Source: Vescimonas coprocola
GTDB lineage: Bacteria > Bacillota > Clostridia > Oscillospirales > Oscillospiraceae
Direction of reading: 5' to 3'
Assembly (NCBI RefSeq): GCF_018408575.1
Contig: NZ_AP023418.1
Location: 872,415-896,414 of the forward strand
DNA length: 24,000 nucleotides
Shown here: one piece after another, positions 14,922 through 24,000 of the stretch
Position numbering within the stretch: the stretch's first letter is position 1
How the letters are laid out: each line of letters starts with the position of its first letter
Made by a program: the position numbers and the translations under genes
The notes under the pieces: generated by a model
The model's input: the letters and a program-made list of their open reading frames with translations, nothing else
What the model was told of the DNA's origin: nothing
The model's database searches: none

Positions 14922-15022
14922 TATAAGAACCTATTACGGATTAGAAACTTGAAGCTTGCGTGATATCTTTGATACTCCAGCAGCGATATCGTTAAATACT
15001 TCCCAAATACTTCTAAATCCCG

Positions 15023-15727
15023 TCACGCTTCTAAAATTTCCCGGAGCTTTGCCAGTCCCTTGCGCTCCAAGCGGGACACCTGTACCTGAGATACCTTCAG
15101 GATACGGGCAGCTTGCTCCTGTGTCATTCCCCGAAAAAAACGCAGAAGTATGGTGATCCTTTCCCGCTCCGGCAGGCTGTCGATGGCTTCCCGCAGCGCT
15201 ATTTTTTCTACCATCCCCTCCTCCGGGCTGTCTGTCCCCAAGGTGGATTCCAGCGTCAGGCCGTCGATGGTCTCCTGCTGGAGGGATTCCAGCGGCCCGT
15301 TGGCCAACTTTACGGCGGCGACCTCCTCCACAGTCATTCCCGTCTCCTGCGCCAATTCTGACAGCTGCGGTTCCCTCCCCAGTGTATGGCGCAATCGTTC
15401 ACGTGTATAAAACAGGGTCTGGCCCTTTTCCCGGAGGCTGCGGCCCACCTTGACGGAGCCGTCATCCCGGAGAAAACGGCGGATCTCACCGGCAATTTTG
15501 GGGACGGCGTAGGTGGAAAACTGCGTTCCATATGTGAGGTCAAATCCCTTTACAGCCTTGATAAAACCAATACATCCCAGCTGGTAGAGGTCGTCTGTGT
15601 CCACGCCGCAGCCGCTGTATCGCTTGACGATGCTCCAGATAAGCCCCACATTTTCCGTCAACACCTGCTGACAGGCGTCATTGTCGCCATTCTGCGCCCG
15701 ATCCAACAGCGTCAGCAGCTCGCTCAT
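15023..15727 (-). CDS. sigF: RNA polymerase sporulation sigma factor SigF
   Basis: NVGLIWSIVKRYSGCGVDTDDLYQLGCIGFIKAVKGFDLTYGTQFSTYAVPKIAGEIRRFLRDDG..; follows spoIIAA-spoIIAB, overlapping ATGA. Confidence 0.95.
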   Translation of the reverse strand: MSELLTLLDRAQNGDNDACQQVLTENVGLIWSIVKRYSGCGVDTDDLYQLGCIGFIKAVKGFDLTYGTQFSTYAVPKIAGEIRRFLRDDGSVKVGRSLREKGQTLFYTRERLRHTLGREPQLSELAQETGMTVEEVAAVKLANGPLESLQQETIDGLTLESTLGTDSPEEGMVEKIALREAIDSLPERERITILLRFFRGMTQEQAARILKVSQVQVSRLERKGLAKLREILEA

Positions 15728-16173
15728 CGCTTCGCCGGGACACGGGAGGCGATACGCTTACGCATGGTGACGGTGGTTCCCTTGCCGGGGGCAGACTTTA
15801 CCGCCAGTTGATTCATAAAGCTCTCCATGATGGTGAAGCCCATACCGCTGCGCTCCTCGCCGCCGGTGGTGAACAGCGGCTGCCGGGCCTGCTCCACGTC
15901 CTCCATGCCGCAGCCCCAGTCACGAATTACCAACTCCAGCGTCTGATTTTCCAGCATCCGCAGCTTCATGACGATCTTCCCCAGCTGATTTGGATAGGCG
16001 TGGACGATGGCGTTAGTCACTGCCTCGCTGACGGCGGTTTTGATGTCTCCCAGCTCGTCCAGCGTAGGATCCAGCTGGGCGGCAAAGGCCGCTGCGGCCA
16101 GACGGGCAAAGCCCTCGTTGCTGCTGCGGCTCAAAAATTCCAAGGTCACATAGTTCTCCGGTCTCCGCTTCAT
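15724..16173 (-). CDS. spoIIAB: Anti-sigma F factor SpoIIAB
   Basis: LDELGDIKTAVSEAVTNAIVHAYPNQLGKIVMKLR.., IRDWGCGMEDVEQARQPLFTTGGEERSGMGFTIMESFM: GHKL ATPase anti-sigma factor. Confidence 0.95.
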   Translation of the reverse strand: MKRRPENYVTLEFLSRSSNEGFARLAAAAFAAQLDPTLDELGDIKTAVSEAVTNAIVHAYPNQLGKIVMKLRMLENQTLELVIRDWGCGMEDVEQARQPLFTTGGEERSGMGFTIMESFMNQLAVKSAPGKGTTVTMRKRIASRVPAKR

Positions 16174-16186
16174 ATGTACTCCCCTC

Positions 16187-16492
16187 TCATCGTATGGTCA
16201 GATAACGTTGGAGCCCCGCCGCATCCAGCACTCGGCGGGCCTGTGCTGCGGCACCGCAGACATCTGCCGTGCCGCCCAGCTCCTGCATCCGCTGCCGGGC
16301 CCGGATCAGCAGGGCGATGCCGGAGCTGTCCATAAAGGTCACGCCGGAGAGATCCAGCGTCAGCTGTGTAGGCAGGGCCTTCTCAATCTCCTGATCCAGC
16401 CGCCGCAGGAGCCCCTTAGCGCTGTGGTGGTCCAGCTCACCTGAGAGGCGGATGCAGATATGGCGGGCCTCGCATTTTACAGAAACTTCCAT
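16187..16492 (-). CDS. spoIIAA: Anti-sigma F factor antagonist SpoIIAA (STAS domain)
   Basis: LTLDLSGVTFMDSSGIALLIRARQR contains the phosphorylatable serine motif. Start trimmed from 16513 to MEVSVKC. Confidence 0.93.
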   Translation of the reverse strand: MEVSVKCEARHICIRLSGELDHHSAKGLLRRLDQEIEKALPTQLTLDLSGVTFMDSSGIALLIRARQRMQELGGTADVCGAAAQARRVLDAAGLQRYLTIR

Positions 16493-16510
16493 TGGGATCG
16501 CTCCTTCGTG

Positions 16511-16552
16511 CAAAAAATAAAATCACCGCAGATCCTTCGATCTGCGGTGATT
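16511..16552 (-). terminator. Intrinsic terminator of valS
   Basis: AATCACCGCAGAT-CGAAGG-ATCTGCGGTGATT followed on the minus strand by TTTTATTTTTT. Confidence 0.85.
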
Positions 16553-16601
16553 ATACATGATGAAGCGGTTATTTTCTGTCAAAAACGGGGGCTTGGAAAA
16601 A

Positions 16602-19235
16602 TTAGCCACGCATGGCCGCCGCGGACTCCCCCAGCTTGGCGATCAGCGCACGGGCCTTGTCAGCCTTCTCCCGCTCGGCATTGACCACGGCCTCCGGGGC
16701 CTTGGACACGAAGCTCTCGTTTTGCAGCTTCTTCTCGATGCGGGCCAGATTCTCCTCTGCCTTGGTTTTCTCCTTGGCGATGCGCTCCAACTCCTGCCGG
16801 ATGTCCACCAGCTCCGCCAGAGGCAGATAGAGGGTGGCGTTGTGGGTGGCCACGGTGACCATACCCTTCAGATCCTCCGGAGACTGCGCCTGAACCTCCA
16901 CCTCGCTGGCGTAGGCCAGCCGCATGATGAAGTCCCGGCCGCCGGCATAGATATCCGGGGTCTGGGTGACGATAAGGATCTTGGCCTTCCGGGAGGGCGG
17001 CACGTTCATCTCGGAGCGCCGGGCTCGGACGGCGGAAATGGCGTCCTTCACCGCCTCCATGGCGTTTTCCTCCTGAGTGAAGGCGAAGCGCTCCTGATAC
17101 TCCGGCCACTGGGCCTGGATCAGGAAGTCGCCCTCGTGGGGCAGCGCCTGCCAGATCTCCTCGGTGATGAAGGGCATGAAGGGATGCAGCAGCTCCAGCA
17201 CCCGCAGCAGCACATAGCACAGCACGTTCTGAGCCGCCAGCTTGGCCTCCTCGTCCTCGCCGTACAACCGGGCCTTGGTAAGCTCGATGTACCAGTCGCA
17301 GTAGGTGTCCCAAATGAAGTCGTAGATCTTGGCGGAGGCCACGCCCAGTTCATAGGCCTCCATATTATCCGTGACCTCCCGGATGAGGGTATTCAGCTTG
17401 CTGAGAACCCACTTGTCCTCCAGCTCCAGCTGCTCCGGTAGCTGTACATGGTCGATGGTGAGGTTCATCATCACATAGCGGGAGGCATTCCAGATCTTAT
17501 TGGCAAAGTTCCGCATGGCCTCACACTTCTCCACAAAGAAGCGCATATCGTTGCCGGGGCTATTGCCGGTGATGAGGTTGAAGCGCAGGGCATCGGCACC
17601 GAACTTGTCCGCCATCTCCAGCGGGTCAATGCCGTTGCCGAGAGACTTGGACATCTTGCGGCCCTTGTCATCCCGGACCAGACCGTGGATGAACACCGTC
17701 TTGAAGGGCTCCTGCTTCATCTGCTCCATGCCGGAGAAGATCATACGGGCCACCCAGAAGAAGATGATATCGTAGCCGGTGACCAGCACGGAGGTGGGGT
17801 ACCAGTACCTCAGGTCCTCGGAGTCCTTGTTGGGCCAGCCCAGCGTGGAGAAGGGCCACAGGGCGGAGCTGAACCATGTATCCAGCACGTCCTCCTCACG
17901 GGTCAGGTGGGTGCAGTCGCACTTTTCGCACCGGGTGGGATCCTGACGGCTGACGTTGATGTGTCCGCACTCGTCGCAGTACCATGCGGGAATCTGGTGG
18001 CCCCACCACAGCTGACGGGAGATGCACCAGTCATGGACGTTCTCCATCCAGTTGGTATAGGTTTTGGTAAAGCGCTCCGGCACAAACTTGATGGTGCCGT
18101 CCTTCACCACCCGGATGGCCTCCTTGGCCAGAGGCTCCATCTTCACGAACCACTGGGCGGAGATCAGGGGCTCCACGTCGTTGTGGCAGCGGTAGCAAGT
18201 GCCGACGTTGTGGGAATAGGGCTCGGTCTTGACCAGATATCCCTGCTCCTCCAGATCCTTGACGATGGCTTTGCGGCACTCGTAGCGGTCCATGCCGTTG
18301 TACTTGCCGCCGTTTTCGTTGATGGTGCCGTCGTCGTTGATGACACGGATCACCTCCAGATTGTGGCGCAGACCCACCTCGAAGTCGTTGGGATCGTGGG
18401 CAGGGGTCATCTTCACAGCACCGGTACCGAAGCCGATCTCGCAGTAATCATCACCCACAATGGGGATCTCACGGTTCATGATGGGCAGGATGCAGGTCTT
18501 GCCGATGAGGTGCTTGAAGTGCTCGTCCTCCGGGTTTACCGCCACACCGGTGTCGCCCATCATGGTCTCAGGCCGGGTGGTGGCCACCACGATATCGCCG
18601 CTGCCGTCGGCCAACGGGTAGCGGATATGCCACAGGTGGCCGGGCTTGTCGGTATACTCCACCTCGGCGTCGGACAGCGCCGTCAGGCAGTGGGGGCACC
18701 AGTTGATGATGCGGCTTCCCTTGTAGATGAGGCCCTTGTCATACAGCTCGCAGAAGGCCTCACGCACCGCCTGAGAGCAGCCCTCGTCCATGGTGAACCG
18801 GGAGCGGGACCAGTCACAGGAGGCACCCATCTTCTTCTGCTGCTCCACGATACGGTTGCCGTACTTCTCCTTCCAGGCCCAGACACGCTCCAGGAACTTT
18901 TCACGACCCAGATCATAGCGGGTCAGGTGCTCCTCCTCCCGCAGTCGCTCCTCCACCTTGATCTGGGTGGCGATACCGGCGTGGTCGGTGCCGGGAAGCC
19001 ACAGGGCGGAATAGCCCTGCATCCGCTTAAAGCGGGTGAGGATATCCTGCAGCGTGGAGTCCATGGCGTGGCCCATGTGCAGCTGGCCGGTGACGTTGGG
19101 GGGAGGCATGACAATGGAAAAAGGCTTCTTCTTCGGGTCGGGGTCCGCCTTGAAGCAGCCGTTGTCCATCCACATCTGATAGATCTGCGGCTCCACCTCA
19201 CGGGGATCGTATACCTTCGGCAATTCTTTACGCAT
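16602..19235 (-). CDS. valS: Valyl-tRNA synthetase
   Basis: [22 protein letters not shown].., [60 protein letters not shown]. Start trimmed from 19352. Confidence 0.98.
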   Translation of the reverse strand: MRKELPKVYDPREVEPQIYQMWMDNGCFKADPDPKKKPFSIVMPPPNVTGQLHMGHAMDSTLQDILTRFKRMQGYSALWLPGTDHAGIATQIKVEERLREEEHLTRYDLGREKFLERVWAWKEKYGNRIVEQQKKMGASCDWSRSRFTMDEGCSQAVREAFCELYDKGLIYKGSRIINWCPHCLTALSDAEVEYTDKPGHLWHIRYPLADGSGDIVVATTRPETMMGDTGVAVNPEDEHFKHLIGKTCILPIMNREIPIVGDDYCEIGFGTGAVKMTPAHDPNDFEVGLRHNLEVIRVINDDGTINENGGKYNGMDRYECRKAIVKDLEEQGYLVKTEPYSHNVGTCYRCHNDVEPLISAQWFVKMEPLAKEAIRVVKDGTIKFVPERFTKTYTNWMENVHDWCISRQLWWGHQIPAWYCDECGHINVSRQDPTRCEKCDCTHLTREEDVLDTWFSSALWPFSTLGWPNKDSEDLRYWYPTSVLVTGYDIIFFWVARMIFSGMEQMKQEPFKTVFIHGLVRDDKGRKMSKSLGNGIDPLEMADKFGADALRFNLITGNSPGNDMRFFVEKCEAMRNFANKIWNASRYVMMNLTIDHVQLPEQLELEDKWVLSKLNTLIREVTDNMEAYELGVASAKIYDFIWDTYCDWYIELTKARLYGEDEEAKLAAQNVLCYVLLRVLELLHPFMPFITEEIWQALPHEGDFLIQAQWPEYQERFAFTQEENAMEAVKDAISAVRARRSEMNVPPSRKAKILIVTQTPDIYAGGRDFIMRLAYASEVEVQAQSPEDLKGMVTVATHNATLYLPLAELVDIRQELERIAKEKTKAEENLARIEKKLQNESFVSKAPEAVVNAEREKADKARALIAKLGESAAAMRG

Positions 19236-19261
19236 ATGTTCTCTCCTTCTGATTTGGATTT

Positions 19262-19515
19262 TATCATCAAAAAAACCGCCCCGCTCCGCCGATGCGGAAC
19301 AGGACGGACTGTGATCCGTGGTACCACCTGTTGTTCGGGATGACTCCCGCACTCATGGGGCAAGCGCCCCGCCCCGATAACGGAGGGCAAACCGTTGGGA
19401 CCTACTGCCGTGTTCAGTCCAAGGCTCCGGGACGACTTGGGCGGCGCATCACGGGAGCTTACACCCACCGCTCCCTCTCTTGGCTTCCGCACTCCGCTTA
19501 CTGCTTCCCTTCTGT
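19262..19515 (-). promoter_or_regulatory. T-box leader upstream of valS
   Basis: Minus strand: AGTAAGC..AAGAGAGGGAGCGGTGGGTGTAAGCTCCC.., the T-box signature AGGTGGTACCACGG (19329-19316), then a GC-rich terminator hairpin ending in TTTTTTT (about 19307-19269). Confidence 0.93.
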
Positions 19516-19536
19516 GCCGTTACACAATATATATGC

Positions 19537-19565
19537 AGTATAATACACTCCCGGAAAAAAGTCAA
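19537..19565 (-). promoter_or_regulatory. Sigma-A-type promoter of the valS T-box transcript
   Basis: Minus strand TTGACT (19565-19560), 17-nt spacer, TATACT (19542-19537). Confidence 0.75.
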
Positions 19566-19630
19566 GTTCCCCTTTCCCTTTGGGCGGGGCGGTGTTATAA
19601 TAGGGAGTATCTAAGAGAGGGGGCGCCGCC

Positions 19631-20200
19631 TTGCATATTCTGGAGCATTTGCGTACCGTGAACCGACACCGCCATCTGGTGCGGAAATACTGCTTCCGGT
19701 TGGGACTGTACTGGCAGGGACTGACCCATGATCTCAGCAAATACAGCCCCACGGAGTTCTGGCGCAGCGCCAAATACTATCAGGGCTACCGCAGTCCCAA
19801 CGATCAGGAGCGGCTGGTCAACGGCGTCAGCCTGTCATGGCTCCACCACAAGGGCCGCAACCGCCACCATTTTGAATATTGGATCGACTACTGCCGGGGC
19901 GAGGACGGAACGCCCTTCATCGGTGGCTGCAAGATGCCGGTGAAGTATGTGGCGGAGATGTTCTGTGACCGCATCGCCGCCTGCCGGGTGTATCAGAAGG
20001 AGAAATACACCGATGCCTCTCCCTACGACTATTTCCAGCACTCCAAGGGGCATCTGTGCCGGTCGGAGCACGGTCACGGCTTCATCCATCCGGAGACCAG
20101 CGAGCTGCTGACCCGGTGGCTGCTGCTTCTGAAGGAGCAGGGTGAGGATGCCGCTTTCCGACAGATCCGGCAGGAGCTGAAGGAGCTGCGAAGGTCATAA
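19631..20200 (+). CDS. Conserved hypothetical protein (DUF5662-like)
   Basis: LRTVNRHRHLVRKYCFRLGLYWQGLTHDLSKYSPTEFW.., LHHKGRNRHHFEYW, MPVKYVAEMFCDRIAACRVY; His/Asp-rich conserved motifs. Confidence 0.75.
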   Translation: MHILEHLRTVNRHRHLVRKYCFRLGLYWQGLTHDLSKYSPTEFWRSAKYYQGYRSPNDQERLVNGVSLSWLHHKGRNRHHFEYWIDYCRGEDGTPFIGGCKMPVKYVAEMFCDRIAACRVYQKEKYTDASPYDYFQHSKGHLCRSEHGHGFIHPETSELLTRWLLLLKEQGEDAAFRQIRQELKELRRS

Positions 20201-20413
20201 ATGCCGGGCAAAAGCTGCTGCCGACCCAATAGATCGGGGTGGCTTTTCCTTTTCGGTGTTTTTCACAGGCTTTCCTTTGATTTATACAGCATATTGAACA
20301 ATTTCTATGTAGGGAATCCCATTAAAAAATGGCAGCAGCAGGGGTTGTGGAAGGATGTGCGCCGTGATATACTGTATGATCGTGAGAGGAAAAATGATGA
20401 AAAAGAGGAACAT

Positions 20414-21787
20414 ATGATGGAGAAAAACGGGAAAAAAAGTTTATTTTCGATTGAAATAACCACAGGGTCCCTGTGGAAAAATATTCTGCTGTTCAGCCTG
20501 CCGCTGATGATGACGCAGGTGCTGGAGGTGCTGTTCAACCTCAGCGACGTGGCCATTGCCGGTAAATTTGCCGACTATCTGGCGCTGGGCGCTGTGGGCT
20601 CCACCACTCTGCTGGTATCCCTGTTTACGGGACTGCTCATTGGCATCGGCAGCGGTGTCAATGTGGTCGTGGCCCGTGGACTGGGGCTGGGCAGTCATGA
20701 GGACGTGGAGAAGACCATCCACACCTCCCTGCTCATCTGCAGCGGTATCGGTATCGTGGTGTGCCTGGTCTGTCTGCTGCTGGCGAAGCCCATGCTGCTG
20801 CTGCTGAATACCAAGGAGGAGTTGCTGCCCGGCGCCGTGGGGTATCTGCGGATCTACGCTCTGGGTATGCCGGCCATGGCGGTATACAACTTCGGCAATG
20901 GTGTCCTCAGTGCCGCCGGGGACACAAAGCGGCCTCTGCTGTATCTGAGCATTGCCGGCGTGGTGAATGTGGCCCTGAACCTGTTCTTTGTGATCCAGTG
21001 CCACATGGCCGCCCTCGGTGTGGCCATCGCCAGCGCCATCGCCCAGTGGCTGTCCGCTCTGCTGATCATGCGGCATCTGATGAGCCAAAAGGATGCCTGC
21101 AGAGTGCATCTGAAAAAGCTGTGCATCGACAAGGCCGCCGCCAAGCGGGTGCTGATGATCGGCATCCCCTCCGGCCTGCAAAACGCCATCTTTGCCGTTG
21201 CAAACCTCTTCGTACAGATCGGCGTCAACAGCTTCGATTCGGTGATGGTATCCGGTAGCTCGGCAGCTGCCAACGCCGATACGCTGATCTTCAATATGAT
21301 GTCTGCCTTCTATACTGGCTGTGCCACCTTTGTCAGCCGCAACTGGGGTGCCGGAAAGACGGATCGTATCCTCAAGAGCTACCGTATCGTTCTGCTGTAT
21401 TCCTTTCTGGTGGGCAGCATCTGCGGCGGACTGCTGCTGCTGTTCGGAGACAAGTTCCTTGGACTTTTCGCCAATGAGGCGGACGTGATCGCCGCCGGTA
21501 TGCAGCGGCTGAAGATCATGGGCTTCTCCTTCGGCGTCAGCGCCCTGATGGACGCCAGCATTGCCGCCTCCCGTGGAATTGGGCGCAGCATCATCCCCAC
21601 CATCATCGTCATCATGGGCTCCTGCGTGTTCCGGGTCATCTGGGTGTACACGGTGTTCGCCTACTTCGGCACCATCCCCTCCCTGTTCCTGCTGTACATC
21701 TTCTCCTGGGCCATCACGGGCATTGCCGAGTGGGCCTACTTCCGGCACAGCTACAAGAAATACATCCTGCACGGACAAATATGGTAA
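20414..21787 (+). CDS. MATE family efflux transporter
   Basis: LWKNILLFSLPLMMTQVLEVLFNLSDVAIAGKFADYLALGAVGSTTLLVSLFTGLLIGIGSGVNVVVARGLG..; multi-TM. Start trimmed from 20201 to MMEKNG. Confidence 0.92.
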   Translation: MMEKNGKKSLFSIEITTGSLWKNILLFSLPLMMTQVLEVLFNLSDVAIAGKFADYLALGAVGSTTLLVSLFTGLLIGIGSGVNVVVARGLGLGSHEDVEKTIHTSLLICSGIGIVVCLVCLLLAKPMLLLLNTKEELLPGAVGYLRIYALGMPAMAVYNFGNGVLSAAGDTKRPLLYLSIAGVVNVALNLFFVIQCHMAALGVAIASAIAQWLSALLIMRHLMSQKDACRVHLKKLCIDKAAAKRVLMIGIPSGLQNAIFAVANLFVQIGVNSFDSVMVSGSSAAANADTLIFNMMSAFYTGCATFVSRNWGAGKTDRILKSYRIVLLYSFLVGSICGGLLLLFGDKFLGLFANEADVIAAGMQRLKIMGFSFGVSALMDASIAASRGIGRSIIPTIIVIMGSCVFRVIWVYTVFAYFGTIPSLFLLYIFSWAITGIAEWAYFRHSYKKYILHGQIW

Positions 21788-21791
21788 ACGA

Positions 21792-21828
21792 ACGCCCCGG
21801 CCAGTTGACTGACCGGGGTGTCTTTTTT
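21792..21828 (+). terminator. Terminator of the MATE gene
   Basis: ACGCCCCGG..CAGTTGACTG..CCGGGGTGT followed by CTTTTTT. Confidence 0.8.
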
Positions 21829-21852
21829 CGGTTCTGGTTGCACATACAAACA

Positions 21853-21886
21853 ACTGGCCCTCCGGCATACTCGGAGGGCCAGTTTT
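21853..21886. terminator. Terminator of the ispH-S1 gene (hairpin)
   Basis: ACTGGCCCTCCG-GCATAC-(T)CGGAGGGCCAGT with T-rich flanks on both sides. Confidence 0.75.
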
Positions 21887-21906
21887 ACAGCTTATTCAGG
21901 ATACGC

Positions 21907-23850
21907 TTACTCGGCGTCCTCGTCCCCGTCGTTCAGCAGAGCACGGATGGACAGGGAGATCTTTTGCTTCTCCTCATCCACAGCGGTGATCTTGGCATCC
22001 ACGATCTGGCCCTCGGACAGAACATCACCGGGCTTCTCGATGCGGCGATCGGCGATCTGGGAGATGTGGATCAGGCCATCCACACCGGGAACGACCTCAG
22101 CGAAAGCGCCGAAGGTCATCAGCTTCACGATACGGACGGAAGCCACGTCGCCCACCTTGTAGGTCTCCATGAACTTGTCCCAAGGATTGCAGGAACGGTC
22201 CTTCACACCCAGAGAGATCTTGTGCTTCTCAGGATCGAAGGAGATGACGTACACATCCAGCGTGTCGCCCACAGAAACCACCTCAGCGGGGTTCTTGATG
22301 CGGGACCAGGACAGCTCGGAGATATGTACCATGCCGTCCACGCCGCCGATGTCCACAAACACGCCATAGCTGGTCATGGACTTGACGGTGCCGGTATAGT
22401 GCTTACCCACCTCGATGCTCTCCCAGATGGCGGCCTGAGCAGCCTGACGCTCCTCATACTGCACGGCACGGATGGAACCCACCACACGGCGGCGGGCGCG
22501 ATTGACCTCGGTGATCCGCAGGGAGACGGTCTGGCCGATCATCTGGCTCAGATCAGCACCACGGGGCTGACCGCTCTGAGAGGCGGGAACGAACACACGC
22601 ACACCCTTGACGTTGACGACGATGCCGCCCTTGTTCTCCTCGGTGACCTTGCCCTCAAGAGTGGTTTTGTTCTCGCAGGCCTCAGCGATATCCTCCCAGA
22701 CCTTCACGGCGTCCAGACGCTTCTTGGAGAGCATAGCGTAGCCCTCCACGTCGTTGACACGGATGATGTAGGTCTCGATCTCGTCACCCACCTTCACCAC
22801 GTCCTCAGGCTTCACGCTGGAATCGGCGGACAACTCTTCCGCGGAAATATAGCCTGCCTGCTTGCAGCCCAGATCCACCTGAACCTCGGTGGGACCCACG
22901 GCCGTCACGATACCGGTTACCTTCTCTCCTGTATTTAAAGTCTTAAAGGATTTGTCCAGCAGTTCCTCAAAGCTCTCTTCCTGGGGTTCCATGTTCTTGA
23001 TTTCTTCGCTCATTGTTGTATATACCTCCTTAATGATGCCCGCCGGGGTGGACGCGCCGGCCGTAAGCCCCGCCATTGTGCATCCGGAAAGAAAGCCCGT
23101 CGTCAGCTCCCCCGCCTGTTCGATCTGATACACGACAGGGCAAGCCTTACGGCAGATCTCCGCTAAATGCTTCGTGTTGGCACTTTTACGATCTCCGACC
23201 ACGACCATTACGTCAGCCTGAGCCGCCAATTCGGCTGCCTCCAACTGACGCCTATGCGTAGCGCTACATATTGTATCAAAGATTTTTGCGTTTGTACACA
23301 GTTTTTTTAAAATTTCTTTGGAAGTTTCCCAAATTGTTCGGATGCAGGTGGTCTGAGCCACCGCCGTCAGGGACAGAGACTGCCGGGAAGGCTCCTGCAG
23401 GAGCCATTTTTCAAGCTCCTCCGGCCCCGGAAAGATGACGCTGCGATCCGACCAGCTGGCCACACCCATGACCTCCGGATGCCGAGGCTCCCCAATGATA
23501 AGGGGGATACGCCCCTCCCGGTCGGCCTGCGCCACCAGCTGCTGGATCCGCAGTACGTTAGGACAGGTGGCGTTGACACACACCGATCCCAGTTGCTCCA
23601 GACGGTCAAAGACCTCCTTGCGCTCCCCGTGGGAGCGGATGATCACCGTCTCGCCGGGGCGGACCTCCTCCACGGAGTCCACCTGTCTGGCCCCCAGCGC
23701 CTCCAGCTCCGCCACCACATGGACGTTGTGGATGATGCTGCCCAGCATGGCGCAGCCGCCCTTTTCACGGGCTGTCTCCTCCGCCAGCTTCACAGCCCGC
23801 TCCACGCCGTAACAGAAACCGGCGCTTTTAGCTACTCTTACCTCTGCCAT
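21907..23850 (-). CDS. ispH: Bifunctional 4-hydroxy-3-methylbut-2-enyl diphosphate reductase / S1 RNA-binding domain protein
   Basis: N-term: MAEVRVAKSAGFCYGVERAVKLAEE.., NATCPNVLRIQQLV, TICSATHRRQ, TAGASTPAGIIKEV. C-term: four S1 repeats, e.g. GVFVDIGGVDGMVHISELSWSRIKNPAEVVSVGD. Confidence 0.95.
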   Translation of the reverse strand: MAEVRVAKSAGFCYGVERAVKLAEETAREKGGCAMLGSIIHNVHVVAELEALGARQVDSVEEVRPGETVIIRSHGERKEVFDRLEQLGSVCVNATCPNVLRIQQLVAQADREGRIPLIIGEPRHPEVMGVASWSDRSVIFPGPEELEKWLLQEPSRQSLSLTAVAQTTCIRTIWETSKEILKKLCTNAKIFDTICSATHRRQLEAAELAAQADVMVVVGDRKSANTKHLAEICRKACPVVYQIEQAGELTTGFLSGCTMAGLTAGASTPAGIIKEVYTTMSEEIKNMEPQEESFEELLDKSFKTLNTGEKVTGIVTAVGPTEVQVDLGCKQAGYISAEELSADSSVKPEDVVKVGDEIETYIIRVNDVEGYAMLSKKRLDAVKVWEDIAEACENKTTLEGKVTEENKGGIVVNVKGVRVFVPASQSGQPRGADLSQMIGQTVSLRITEVNRARRRVVGSIRAVQYEERQAAQAAIWESIEVGKHYTGTVKSMTSYGVFVDIGGVDGMVHISELSWSRIKNPAEVVSVGDTLDVYVISFDPEKHKISLGVKDRSCNPWDKFMETYKVGDVASVRIVKLMTFGAFAEVVPGVDGLIHISQIADRRIEKPGDVLSEGQIVDAKITAVDEEKQKISLSIRALLNDGDEDAE

Positions 23851-24000
23851 TGGATTCCTCCCAGCGCATAGGCCCGACGCATGATCTCCTCGGCGTTGGA
23901 CTGATACTCCTCCGCCGTTCCCTTCCGGCCGGTATATACCGGGTCGTAGGGCTTTCCGATGATGATGGACACCCGGTGAAACAGGCGCTTGTCCCGGCCG
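23838..24000 (-). CDS. plsC: 1-acyl-sn-glycerol-3-phosphate acyltransferase, C-terminal part (runs off the window)
   Basis: Minus-strand frame GRDKRLFHRVSIIIGKPYDPVYTGRKGTAEEYQSNAEEIMRRAYALGGIQWQR*; the stop overlaps the ispH start. Confidence 0.55.
   Translation of the reverse strand, partial: GRDKRLFHRVSIIIGKPYDPVYTGRKGTAEEYQSNAEEIMRRAYALGGIQWQR

Noticed and set aside
17448-19343. 631-aa plus-strand ORF opposite valS
   Set aside because: Classic antisense ORF over a highly conserved tRNA synthetase.
20441-21868. 475-aa minus-strand ORF opposite the MATE transporter
   Set aside because: Antisense of a clear multi-TM MATE sequence; His/Gln-rich artefact.
21730-22938. 402-aa plus-strand ORF opposite the S1 domains
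   Set aside because: Antisense of well-supported S1 repeats.

Overview
The window reads as a Clostridia / Oscillospiraceae-like chromosome segment (spoIVA, spoIIAA-spoIIAB-sigF, coaX, valS with a T-box, an ispH-S1 fusion). This assignment is inferred from gene content only. A decayed-looking mobile element occupies about 240-7300. It carries a 5'-truncated large serine recombinase, a small lipoprotein, a resolvase, an XRE-type regulator and several small uncharacterised minus-strand genes. It lies between a 72-aa ABC-transporter N-terminus and a short C-terminal-looking ORF fragment in front of crcB. I do not see a complete new defence or effector system. The strongest unexplained signals are: (i) three 17-nt GCAC..GTGC operator-like palindromes spanning apparent divergent promoters upstream of the XRE gene; (ii) two copies of a roughly 45-bp inverted-repeat element upstream of two element genes; (iii) two adjacent, apparently paralogous small ORFs; (iv) a 1.5-kb non-coding interval (13532-15022) between coaX and sigF with a solitary type I-C-like CRISPR repeat, three GATTGAACAA..TTGTTCAATC inverted repeats, a terminator with no upstream gene, and degenerate direct repeats. 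Family assignments come from recalled motifs, not database searches.
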